Source of the DNA: a virus
Lineage: Duplodnaviria > Caudoviricetes
IMG/VR virus record: IMGVR_UViG_3300028920_000230
Location: 1 to 27,186 of that record
Length of the DNA stretch: 27,186 nt
Direction: 5' to 3' (one strand)
The notes beneath the pieces were generated by a model that was not told the DNA's origin, ran no database searches, and saw only the letters and a list, made by a program, of their open reading frames with translations. Positions 18,051 through 26,099 of the stretch are shown here, piece by piece (position 1 is the first letter of the stretch; each line of letters begins with the position of its first letter). A program made the position numbers and the translations under genes.

Positions 18051-19145
18051 ATGAACGCTACATATTCGCCAGAAGATAACAAGCTACGGCTGTATGTAGA
18101 GGAACGGTTAGATTCTGAAACATACAGCAAAATAAAAGCCGCTGGTTTTAGGTGGGCTCCTCGTCAAAATCTGTTTGTTGCTCCAATGTGGACACCAAAA
18201 CGAGAAGACTTACTTATTAATCTATGTGGTGAAATAGAAGACGAAGATACAAGCCTTGTAGATCGAGCGGAAGAAAAAGTCAGTCGGCTTGAAGGGTATA
18301 GCAAGAACCGTTTAAGGGACGCGGAAACTGCAAAAAATATGGTTTCTGCTATTGTTGATAATATTCCCCTCGGTCAACCTATCCTTGTAGGGCATCATTC
18401 GGAAGGCAGGGCGAGAAGAGATATAAAACGGATCGAAGACGGCATGCATAAAGCTGTCAAGATGTGGGAAACGGCTGATTATTGGAAAAAGCGAGCAGAA
18501 GGAGCTTTGCAACATGCAAAGTATAAGGAACGACCTGACGTAAGGGCGCGAAGAATCAAAAAGCTTGAGGCTGAAATCAGGCAATGTCAAGCCTATTTTA
18601 CGCCAGATCCAAAACAAAAGCCGATCATGATGGCATCACGGGACAGCAATGAACAATGCTTGCACGTATGGTGCGCTCCTCGTGGTGGGCGTGGGGGGTC
18701 ATGGGTGAAGGAATCCAGTTTGCCAGCATTAAAAGCGCACTATACGCGATGGATAAATCATTATGAAAACCGTTTAGTATATGAAAAGGCCATGCTTGAT
18801 GATCAAGGTAGGTCTGATTTAATCGCACCGAAACCGAGACCCAAACAGTTACCCCTTTTGAACTATCAAGCACCATCAGGGATTACCGTTATAAATCCTT
18901 CATATAGCGCTCAAAAAGAAACGCATATGGACCAAGTAGAAATGACAAAAGAGGAATACAATAAAATATCAAATAGTTTTAGGGGGAGCAGGATTGTTGA
19001 TGGAACGCACCGGATACGAGTTTGTTCTGGTGTTTATGCCAGAATCAAAACCGAAGGGTTGAGCGATATAGAACGATTAAATAAAAAGCATCAATATTAT
19101 GCGGTATTTTTAACCGATAGTAAGGTGCATGTAAAGGGGTATTAA
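18051..19145 (+). CDS. DUF3560-domain protein
   Basis: ATYSPEDNKLRLY, GF.WAP.Q.LFVAPMWTP.RED, IPLGQPILVGHHSE.R.R. ATG 18051 preferred as start. Confidence 0.88.
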   Translation: MNATYSPEDNKLRLYVEERLDSETYSKIKAAGFRWAPRQNLFVAPMWTPKREDLLINLCGEIEDEDTSLVDRAEEKVSRLEGYSKNRLRDAETAKNMVSAIVDNIPLGQPILVGHHSEGRARRDIKRIEDGMHKAVKMWETADYWKKRAEGALQHAKYKERPDVRARRIKKLEAEIRQCQAYFTPDPKQKPIMMASRDSNEQCLHVWCAPRGGRGGSWVKESSLPALKAHYTRWINHYENRLVYEKAMLDDQGRSDLIAPKPRPKQLPLLNYQAPSGITVINPSYSAQKETHMDQVEMTKEEYNKISNSFRGSRIVDGTHRIRVCSGVYARIKTEGLSDIERLNKKHQYYAVFLTDSKVHVKGY

Positions 19146-19331
19146 ATGTTACAGAAAAAAGATGAAAAGACAATAGGGAGACCGGCAACGGGAAGGAAAA
19201 CGGGTAATGTCAATGTATCATTACCCCTCAGCTTGCTTGAAACCATCGATAATTTACGGGCCATTGATAATTTATCCCGTTCGAAAATGGTAGCTATTCT
19301 GGTTCGGAAGGGGCTTGAACATGAGGCGTAA
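19146..19331 (+). CDS. Ribbon-helix-helix (CopG-like) DNA-binding protein
   Basis: GRP.TG, VNVSLP..LL..ID......LSRS.MV. Confidence 0.75.
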   Translation: MLQKKDEKTIGRPATGRKTGNVNVSLPLSLLETIDNLRAIDNLSRSKMVAILVRKGLEHEA

Positions 19332-19563
19332 AATGACCGAAACTGAAAGGGGTAATCAAGTAGGAATAGCGGTTAACATCGAGTATAGTGAAAAAGTAAG
19401 GCGTATTGCTACGGGCGATCACTTTGTAATTTTAAATTCACTCATGGAATTGTTTGAACACAGAAAACGTATTGCTAGAGCATTAATGCGTAACGAAAAC
19501 AACGAACTTCACAAGCAACTGGAATATATCAATACTATAATAACAAGGGCATTGTCTTTATAG
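19321..19563 (+). CDS. Hypothetical protein
   Basis: Overlaps the previous stop; last gene before the convergent int. Start could be 19315, 19321 or 19333. Confidence 0.55.
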   Translation: MRRKMTETERGNQVGIAVNIEYSEKVRRIATGDHFVILNSLMELFEHRKRIARALMRNENNELHKQLEYINTIITRALSL

Positions 19564-19592
19564 GCAATCAGCATTAAGGGGGGGGCAACAAA

Positions 19593-20576
19593 TTATTCAA
19601 ACTTCAATTTCTTCATTTCTGTTTGTTTGATATCATCGAGAACATGGGTGTAAATCATGGTCGTGCTGATTTGGCTATGACCTAGTATCTCCTTGACAAC
19701 CTGTAGCGGTATACCGGATTTAAGCATGTAGGTAGCGGCACTATGCCGTAGATCGTGGAGGCGGGTATCAATCCCTACAGCCTTGGCGTAGTTATGATAT
19801 TTTTTCGATACCGTATCAGGATGATATGAGAACCGAAAAATAGAACCGATATCCGGCAAGGGGGCGAGGATACCAAGCAGTTCGTGGACGATTGGCACCC
19901 GTCTTGTTTTTTGCCCCTTGCCGGTCACAGTACAAGATCCATCTTTTATATCTTCACCTCTAACCCCTAACGCCTCGTTTCTCCGTGTGCCAGTCCACAA
20001 TAAAAAATTACAATACCGCCATAGTTCAAAATCACAATCCCGTATATGGTCAAAAATAAGCGTGATTTGTTCAGGGTGCAGAACACGTGGAAGTTCTTTT
20101 CCTGTCCGTAACATTTTGATGTGAGGGATTTTCTTGATGAAATTATTGCCATAGGCGAAATGTAACGCCGCTTTCAGATGACGTAAATAGCCGTTTACCG
20201 TCACGGGTTTTGCGTTTCGGGCAAGACATACGTTTTTGAACTCATTAATTTTAGTCTCATTTAACGTTACAAGGGGGATATCTCCCAGAGCATCACGGAG
20301 CAACCTGAATGTTAAAGCGTCCTTTTTGCATGACCATTTTGATAAATCAAGGCGGGTATTGAGATAGATCTTCTCGAACTCGGTAAGCACCATACGGGAA
20401 ACATTATCAAGATCAAATAATTTTCCCCGTAAAAATTCGCGTTTTAGCTCTTTATAGATGGCATGGGCTTCTTTTTCATCACGGGTGCCAAGAGATCGAG
20501 CTTTCCCCCTGGAAAATTCAGCGTACCATATACCGCTTTTCCGTTTATATAGCCTCATGGTTAGTTTCATAATCAC
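19593..20576 (-). CDS. int: Tyrosine integrase
   Basis: TGTRRNE (R), GKGQK.R (K), LHDLRH (HxxR), LGHS..STT.IY (H, Y); N-terminal arm-binding-like RSLGT. True start may be ATG 20570 or 20558. Confidence 0.95.
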   Translation of the reverse strand: MIMKLTMRLYKRKSGIWYAEFSRGKARSLGTRDEKEAHAIYKELKREFLRGKLFDLDNVSRMVLTEFEKIYLNTRLDLSKWSCKKDALTFRLLRDALGDIPLVTLNETKINEFKNVCLARNAKPVTVNGYLRHLKAALHFAYGNNFIKKIPHIKMLRTGKELPRVLHPEQITLIFDHIRDCDFELWRYCNFLLWTGTRRNEALGVRGEDIKDGSCTVTGKGQKTRRVPIVHELLGILAPLPDIGSIFRFSYHPDTVSKKYHNYAKAVGIDTRLHDLRHSAATYMLKSGIPLQVVKEILGHSQISTTMIYTHVLDDIKQTEMKKLKFE

Positions 20577-20809
20577 AACCGACTCAATATATCAAGAGCT
20601 TTTTTTTGGGGGGATACGGGGGAATCGGAATCAAGCATATTGTTGATATATGCATCAATAGATAGGCGGTCAAAAAACCAATCCCCACGCTTGTTTGATG
20701 GGTCTTTATGTCCGCGAATCACGCCGATCAAGGCAAGCTCTTTCAATTTTCGAGCACCTAACGAACTGTATGTAACTGCTTGACCAGTTTTTAACCATCG
20801 TTTTTCCAT
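20573..20809 (-). CDS. xis: Excisionase-like MerR/HTH_17 protein
   Basis: WL...QA..Y........L....G.I, W.F....ID.Y; GTGA overlap with int. Confidence 0.75.
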   Translation of the reverse strand: MEKRWLKTGQAVTYSSLGARKLKELALIGVIRGHKDPSNKRGDWFFDRLSIDAYINNMLDSDSPVSPQKKALDILSRL

Positions 20810-20816
20810 AGGGATA

Positions 20817-21914
20817 TTATACCCTGTTTTTACCTTCTTCTATAATCCATTGCCGTGCTTCATCCAGTTGAACCGCCGATAAATCGGCTATACGGTTAAT
20901 ACTGTACAATATACATAGTTCTTCCACCTGTATTTTATTGAATCGCAATGTACCTTCAAGGGCTTGGCACTGTAGTTTACTGATTTTATCCTTTATAGAT
21001 AAATCTGATTGTCCTTCGGTATTTCTTGAAGGAAGTGTGCCGGAATTATTTGACGTTTTCTCTGATGCGGGTTCGCTAGGATCTTTATTCTCGGGAATAG
21101 ACTGGGGATCTTTATTTTCTGTAATAGGTGGAGGGGTTTGATCCACGTGATTTGTTGTGGATTGCAACTCTTCATCTTCGTAGGCGATACTATCAGATGC
21201 TTCATAGCGGGGTGACATAATTTCGTGTTCAGGTAATTGGCATTGGGAAGCAAACGCTAGGGCGCGTTGCGAGTCCTTACGATAGGTATCTATCTCTTGC
21301 GGGGTCAGATCCTCTAAAAACAGTTGTAATGTAAAATGTTTTTCCTTTTTACCGTTCCGGGGAATAATCGTTTCTACTCTTCTCAGAACACAGGGGACAA
21401 ATGCAAATCTACCAACAAGATCCTTTACATATAGGAGACCACTTTTAATATCATTAATAGAACGAGCACTGCGAGTATTAATAAGATAAATTCCGGCACA
21501 CGACACTTCATATAAAATAACACGAAAATGACCCTGTAAATTGCATACTTTTTGTTTCAGTAAATCACAGGGGCAATTTTCATGTAAAATCCATTGATTA
21601 TTTTCATTCTTTCTTCTTGCGTAACTACCATTACCAATACATTTTAAACCGCTTTTACCATAATATTCATAGGCGTACGGTATGACATCTTCAATGTTTT
21701 CCGATGGCACCCATATCTTGAGTTCACGAGGCTCTTTTCCATATATGTTTTCGACTTCTTGGGGGCATACAAAATAATCAGTTTCAAAAGGGTAGGCAGT
21801 TTCACCCTTTTTTTTCATATATCCTAGCCGTATTTTGCCAAGACACGGAGGTTTAATAATATTACCTACACCTTTAACCGTTTTTATGGGTTCAAAACTA
21901 TTGCTATTATTCAT
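20817..21914 (-). CDS. Phage recombination protein (Gp3-like / recombination directionality factor-like family)
   Basis: P.LGKIRLG, P...DYF, C.G.G, CPC....C motifs; coupled to the nuclease gene; disordered C-terminal linker. Confidence 0.6.
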   Translation of the reverse strand: MNNSNSFEPIKTVKGVGNIIKPPCLGKIRLGYMKKKGETAYPFETDYFVCPQEVENIYGKEPRELKIWVPSENIEDVIPYAYEYYGKSGLKCIGNGSYARRKNENNQWILHENCPCDLLKQKVCNLQGHFRVILYEVSCAGIYLINTRSARSINDIKSGLLYVKDLVGRFAFVPCVLRRVETIIPRNGKKEKHFTLQLFLEDLTPQEIDTYRKDSQRALAFASQCQLPEHEIMSPRYEASDSIAYEDEELQSTTNHVDQTPPPITENKDPQSIPENKDPSEPASEKTSNNSGTLPSRNTEGQSDLSIKDKISKLQCQALEGTLRFNKIQVEELCILYSINRIADLSAVQLDEARQWIIEEGKNRV

Positions 21915-23055
21915 CTTGGTTAACCGTCTTAGGTTGAATAGTTTTTTGTTTTTTTACACTGAACTGATCGGTTATCTTTTGCTGTTTAATTTTATCCTTT
22001 AAATATTGCGGTAAAAGCGAAGTGTCAAGCACCTCCTTGTCACTGGTTTTAATCTCGCAGATAAATTCTTCTGCTATACCTAACCTACAATTCTTTTTTT
22101 GCATGATAGCACGTAAGTCTTTTTGAATAGAATCTATTCGTTTTTTAAGGATCGTTTGCGCTTTAGTATACTTTACGTATTTTTGAGCTTGTTCAATAGC
22201 CTCTTTGGGTAATAATATATCTATATCTTTCTGTTCGCATTCTTGAATATAATTTTTATAGCATTCCCTATTCCATCCGCAATATTCACATTGCCAATCA
22301 TCATAACTATATTCCCGTAGCGGCAATACCCTTTTTTCAGCATGATCATGGATGAGTTTAACGCGGTTAATAGCCATTTTTAAAACATTATGGATAGGCA
22401 AATTCATTTCAACCATATCTCGGTTAGAATGACACCGGTAAAGCACAAGCGCAATATCGGAGGTGTAATCGTATTCGATAAGATATTCTATAAATTGCGA
22501 GGTGTTTTTATTTTTGATCAGGAGAATACCACGTTTGACGTTATAGGGTTGTAGCGAGGCTATATAAAACGATGTCTGTGTGATGTAGTCAGATGGTAAT
22601 TTACCGGACCAATATTGTTGAAACGTAAAATGGTTAATTGCCTTGTGTTCTAAAATGTAATCGGTTTGCGGATCTGAAACAATGCCGTCAATGTGACCGG
22701 CAATATATCCTTGCGGTATGGTGATGTTATGGCAATTTGCCCATGTTGCGGGACAAATACGCTGAGGCAAGAAATCTAGTTTACAATCAAGCTGTACATG
22801 CAACTGTTCGGAATGAACCTTGTAGGTGGTTTGCCGCAACCAGTCCAACGTTAATTCTTCATGCCAGCTCGAATCATCGAATACCATAATAGCGCGACCG
22901 GGAAGAGGTTTACGGGGTACGCCTAGGGCTTGATAGACGTACTGTCGCAAACATCGTTCAGGTCCCATAGTTGACGGGCTGGGGTTGTATGCGTTCGGCT
23001 TTCTTTTGTTATTGTGTAGAGATTCGGCAACACGAGGAAGGATGTCAGCAAGCAT
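21907..23055 (-). CDS. PD-(D/E)XK exonuclease, Cas4/RecB/AddB-like with probable Fe-S cysteines
   Basis: SPS....C.RQ..Y, H, GHIDG, LEHK, Q...Y, WQCEYC.W...C. Confidence 0.8.
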   Translation of the reverse strand: MLADILPRVAESLHNNKRKPNAYNPSPSTMGPERCLRQYVYQALGVPRKPLPGRAIMVFDDSSWHEELTLDWLRQTTYKVHSEQLHVQLDCKLDFLPQRICPATWANCHNITIPQGYIAGHIDGIVSDPQTDYILEHKAINHFTFQQYWSGKLPSDYITQTSFYIASLQPYNVKRGILLIKNKNTSQFIEYLIEYDYTSDIALVLYRCHSNRDMVEMNLPIHNVLKMAINRVKLIHDHAEKRVLPLREYSYDDWQCEYCGWNRECYKNYIQECEQKDIDILLPKEAIEQAQKYVKYTKAQTILKKRIDSIQKDLRAIMQKKNCRLGIAEEFICEIKTSDKEVLDTSLLPQYLKDKIKQQKITDQFSVKKQKTIQPKTVNQDE

Positions 23056-23288
23056 TAATTATCCCCTCCTTCGTCGCTTAATGAATCTTCCAGAAAAATA
23101 GTTATCTTATCTAAAATATGTATGTCTTTGTTATGCCGTGTATAGATGCCCATACACAGAATGAGCATTTTACAGAGATAGCATAATTCTCTTGTGTTTG
23201 AATAAATGGTGACGAGACGGGAAAAAGAGCTTAGGTCTTCCCCTATCTTTTCCGCTATCTTGCGTTGCATATCCGATGACAATTCCAT
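23055..23288 (-). CDS. Hypothetical protein, first gene of leftward operon
   Basis: 77 aa; stop overlaps the next ATG (TAATG). Confidence 0.6.
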   Translation of the reverse strand: MELSSDMQRKIAEKIGEDLSSFSRLVTIYSNTRELCYLCKMLILCMGIYTRHNKDIHILDKITIFLEDSLSDEGGDN

Positions 23289-23346
23289 GCAAGTACCCCC
23301 CCCCCCTTACATTCTTACAGATGCTATGCCTTTATTGGTAGTTGGG

Positions 23347-23375
23347 AGTATAGCGCAAACTAGGGGAGCTGTCAA
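23347..23375 (-). promoter_or_regulatory. Strong leftward promoter (PL-like)
   Basis: TTGACA-17 nt-TATACT on the minus strand. Confidence 0.8.
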
Positions 23376-23386
23376 TCTAAAAAAGA

Positions 23387-23890
23387 CTATTGATCCAAGT
23401 CTATATTGGAATTTAACCAACTCTTCAGTATATCGGCCATATCGGACGGTGAATCATGGTACTGTATATTGGAGTCTCCCAGAATAATTTTACGCAAATT
23501 GATAACGTAAATGAAATAATCTACGACCGCCTTGAGCGTATCAATGGTTTTGGTACTACCAGAGCGCACGATATAATTGATCTTTTCGATAATCGGTGCA
23601 GCTCCATCAGCAGTGATAGTTATTTCGTTCAACGATTCAGCGCGCTTACTATATACCGAGCCTTCCAGCAAGTCAACCGGATTTACACCGAGTGCATAGG
23701 CGATCTTAAAAAATTCTTCTATAGTAATATCCTGTGTACCAGCCTCAAGCTTCGTTATTTTTTGTTGAGCGGCATTCGTTTCTTTTGTCGTATATCCAAA
23801 CGCAAAAATACCTAGAGCGGCTTGGCTAAGATCCTTCTGCTCTTTACGGTGTTTTTTGATATTTTGTCCTATAATGTTCTTTAATTTCAT
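23387..23890 (-). CDS. XRE/CI-like HTH repressor
   Basis: IG.NIK..R....LSQ..L...I..LE.G........KIA.ALGV.P..L; divergent from the early rightward genes. No S24 peptidase motif recognised. Confidence 0.85.
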   Translation of the reverse strand: MKLKNIIGQNIKKHRKEQKDLSQAALGIFAFGYTTKETNAAQQKITKLEAGTQDITIEEFFKIAYALGVNPVDLLEGSVYSKRAESLNEITITADGAAPIIEKINYIVRSGSTKTIDTLKAVVDYFIYVINLRKIILGDSNIQYHDSPSDMADILKSWLNSNIDLDQ

Positions 23891-23911
23891 GTACTAACCA
23901 CCCTTAGTTAT

Positions 23912-23937
23912 TTTTATACTAGGCATATAGTATAAAA
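23912..23937. promoter_or_regulatory. Perfect 10-bp inverted repeat, candidate operator
   Basis: TTTTATACTA-ggcata-TAGTATAAAA in the divergent intergenic region. Confidence 0.55.
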
Positions 23938-24001
23938 TAGTATATAATCGCTATCGTCTTTTATGGAAGGTTTCATTTTATCAAATCATAAAAGTATAGG
24001 T

Positions 24002-24030
24002 ATTTTAACAATATTTATGCAAAAAGTCAA
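24002..24030 (-). promoter_or_regulatory. Candidate repressor-gene promoter
   Basis: TTGACT-17 nt-TAAAAT on the minus strand. Confidence 0.6.
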
Positions 24031-24035
24031 GCCAC

Positions 24036-24257
24036 ATGAACTATACGCATCTAAATAAATTCTATTACCGTGTATTACGAAGCTCGCTGCTTTATTGTCC
24101 ATCTGTGTGTAGGCTCATACGGTATGAGCAATGCTTGAAAATGCAAGAGGGGCAAGGATACGGCGCTAACCACTATATCAATAATAAATGCCTGTATTGC
24201 GACAGAGGAAAATATATACGAGGTTTGTTTTATGGAACAGAAAAAGAGAAAAAATAA
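24036..24257 (+). CDS. Small Cys-rich hypothetical protein
   Basis: 73 aa, CP..C......C, C..C..G; overlaps the next ORF. Confidence 0.55.
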   Translation: MNYTHLNKFYYRVLRSSLLYCPSVCRLIRYEQCLKMQEGQGYGANHYINNKCLYCDRGKYIRGLFYGTEKEKK

Positions 24258-24636
24258 GAGGAATCATAAGCGGTATGATTGGGAAAGGCTTATGGAGCCA
24301 TACAAAAAGTACCATGATGAACCGTGGGAAGTGACATTTTATGGATTACTCAGAAAATACAAAAAAAAGGAAATCGCTAAAATGACCGGTGTATCATCTG
24401 GTGCAATTAGTCATTTAAGCTTCAAGTATGATCGTGAAAGCCGTACATCATGTTATCGGAGCGATACGGCACCATATGCAAAAAATGTTAGACGTTTAAA
24501 AGAATCAGCAATCAGAGAGCTAACAGATAAATATTCAGCAATGGGGTTTCCTCAAAAAACCATAGAAAAAGAACTGGCAACAAAAGATGGGTCAGAGCTT
24601 ATTGGCCTTAGAATAATGGGGGTGGTTTGGGATTAA
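24232..24636 (+). CDS. HTH-containing protein
   Basis: KKEIAKMTGVSSGAIS helix-turn-helix. Confidence 0.65.
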   Translation: MEQKKRKNKRNHKRYDWERLMEPYKKYHDEPWEVTFYGLLRKYKKKEIAKMTGVSSGAISHLSFKYDRESRTSCYRSDTAPYAKNVRRLKESAIRELTDKYSAMGFPQKTIEKELATKDGSELIGLRIMGVVWD

Positions 24637-24774
24637 AATGGTAGATATATTGCGGTTGCACATACAATCAGTTTGCATTGTTGTTATAGTATTTTATTTG
24701 CAAAACGAAAAACAGAACCTTTTACACGTTATAAAAAAGATAATACATAAAATAAAGGAGTTAAGGGTTAACGG

Positions 24775-25014
24775 GTGAAAACGATTTTTTATCATTTAAT
24801 TATTGCAGTTGTAATACTTTATTTACGAGATGGTCATATTGTAACACTTGAACACGGTTCTTTTGTGTGGCTTGATTGGCAAAAAAACGAAATAATAATA
24901 ACAGATAATAAACTAAATAAACTATTGCTGCATCCTTTTAGCGGGATACAGGCTATAGAGCTTAAAGGGATTGATACCAATGAAGCAAAAAAATTTTCCG
25001 GCAAGAAAAAATAA
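24775..25014 (+). CDS. Small protein with N-terminal hydrophobic segment
   Basis: GTG start with upstream AAGGAG; LIIAVVILY. Confidence 0.5.
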   Translation: MKTIFYHLIIAVVILYLRDGHIVTLEHGSFVWLDWQKNEIIITDNKLNKLLLHPFSGIQAIELKGIDTNEAKKFSGKKK

Positions 25015-25201
25015 ACGAAAAGAAACCGCACTTCAGCGAATGATAAACTATAGATATATGGCAAGCAAAACATTTCGTTCTGACACGCCGAAAGAGGTAG
25101 CGGTATGGAAAGACGAATTGAGGGATAATATTCAACGAACTAAGGATAATCTGATACCTTTTTCGTCATTTAAAACGAAAAAGAAAAGAACATCAAAATA
25201 A
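24980..25201 (+). CDS. Small basic hypothetical protein
   Basis: ATG 24980 in frame with the track ORF; ends 1 nt before the replication gene. Confidence 0.5.
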   Translation: MKQKNFPARKNKRKETALQRMINYRYMASKTFRSDTPKEVAVWKDELRDNIQRTKDNLIPFSSFKTKKKRTSK

Positions 25202-25202
25202 T

Positions 25203-26099
25203 ATGGCTACACGAACCTTACCTAGCCGCGAAATGCAGTTTCGATTGTTGTGGAATATCATAAGTACGTCTAAAAAAATTAGGGATATTGAGGGGGCGCG
25301 GTGGTTTAGGCTGGCATGCCATGTGACATATACATGGATGATAGCACACGCTGATGATGATGGACGGCTACGGGGAGACCCTATAAAAATATTGGCTAAT
25401 ATCGTTCCATATGAGGAACTAACAGACAAAGAAATAGTAAACGTGCTAACAGAACTCGATAGAATAGCGTTAATTAATTGGTATGCGGTAGAGGATGAAT
25501 TGTTTGTGCAAATAGCAGATTGGGGCAAATACCAGCGAATCAGAAAGGACCGATACAGGCCAAGTATTTATCCGCCGTACAAAAAAGACGTTAATGGAAA
25601 AGAAGAGCCAGAAGAGCCAAAAGAGACAGAAGAGCCAGCCGAAAAGGACATTGATTTATTATCTCCGCGTGAAAAACATGCCGTATTTGAAGAATTTATT
25701 AAACTATACCCAATCAAGACTAATCGTAAAAAAGCAGAAAAGTACTTTAACGAAGCCGTTAAAAAAGAAATAGACTATACCGGCATAAAACATAAATTAA
25801 TAAAACAAATAGATGATAAAAATAAGTTGCGGAGCATGGGTAAATTCGTTCCTGAATTTCCAGCGCCGGATAGATATATACGGGATAGGAGGTATGAAGA
25901 TATTTATTGTCAGGATAGTAAGGTTATTCCAGCAGCAACGGAAGATACGTACATGCAATGTCCGACATGCAATAGTGAGGTGCTAAAAGAAGATATAATT
26001 AAAATAGATGGTCAAAAATCACAATGCAAAAAGTGTTTTACAGTATCGGATATGCCGGAAGATTTAATGCAAAAAATAAATAAAATAGGAACAGTATAA
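25203..26099 (+). CDS. Phage replication initiator / replisome organiser-like protein
   Basis: ADDDGRL..P, LI..Y......QI..W..YQ N-domain; FE.F...YP.K..RKKA...F and P....I...R.ED DnaD-like C-domain; terminal CxxC...CxxC. Confidence 0.75.
   Translation: MATRTLPSREMQFRLLWNIISTSKKIRDIEGARWFRLACHVTYTWMIAHADDDGRLRGDPIKILANIVPYEELTDKEIVNVLTELDRIALINWYAVEDELFVQIADWGKYQRIRKDRYRPSIYPPYKKDVNGKEEPEEPKETEEPAEKDIDLLSPREKHAVFEEFIKLYPIKTNRKKAEKYFNEAVKKEIDYTGIKHKLIKQIDDKNKLRSMGKFVPEFPAPDRYIRDRRYEDIYCQDSKVIPAATEDTYMQCPTCNSEVLKEDIIKIDGQKSQCKKCFTVSDMPEDLMQKINKIGTV

Noticed and set aside
20576-20613. -1 frameshift fusing Xis to Int at the C6-A8 run
   Set aside because: The -1 frame hits TGA (agc tct tga) before reaching the int start.
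21907-23055. CRISPR-Cas adaptation gene cas4
   Set aside because: No cas1/cas2 or array; context is a phage recombination operon.
474-25528. Numerous short ORFs antisense or out of frame within larger genes (e.g. 474-683, 3969-4196, 7503-7805, 18312-18617, 23456-23815, 25193-25528)
   Set aside because: Largely or fully overlapped by well-supported genes, with no recognisable motifs.
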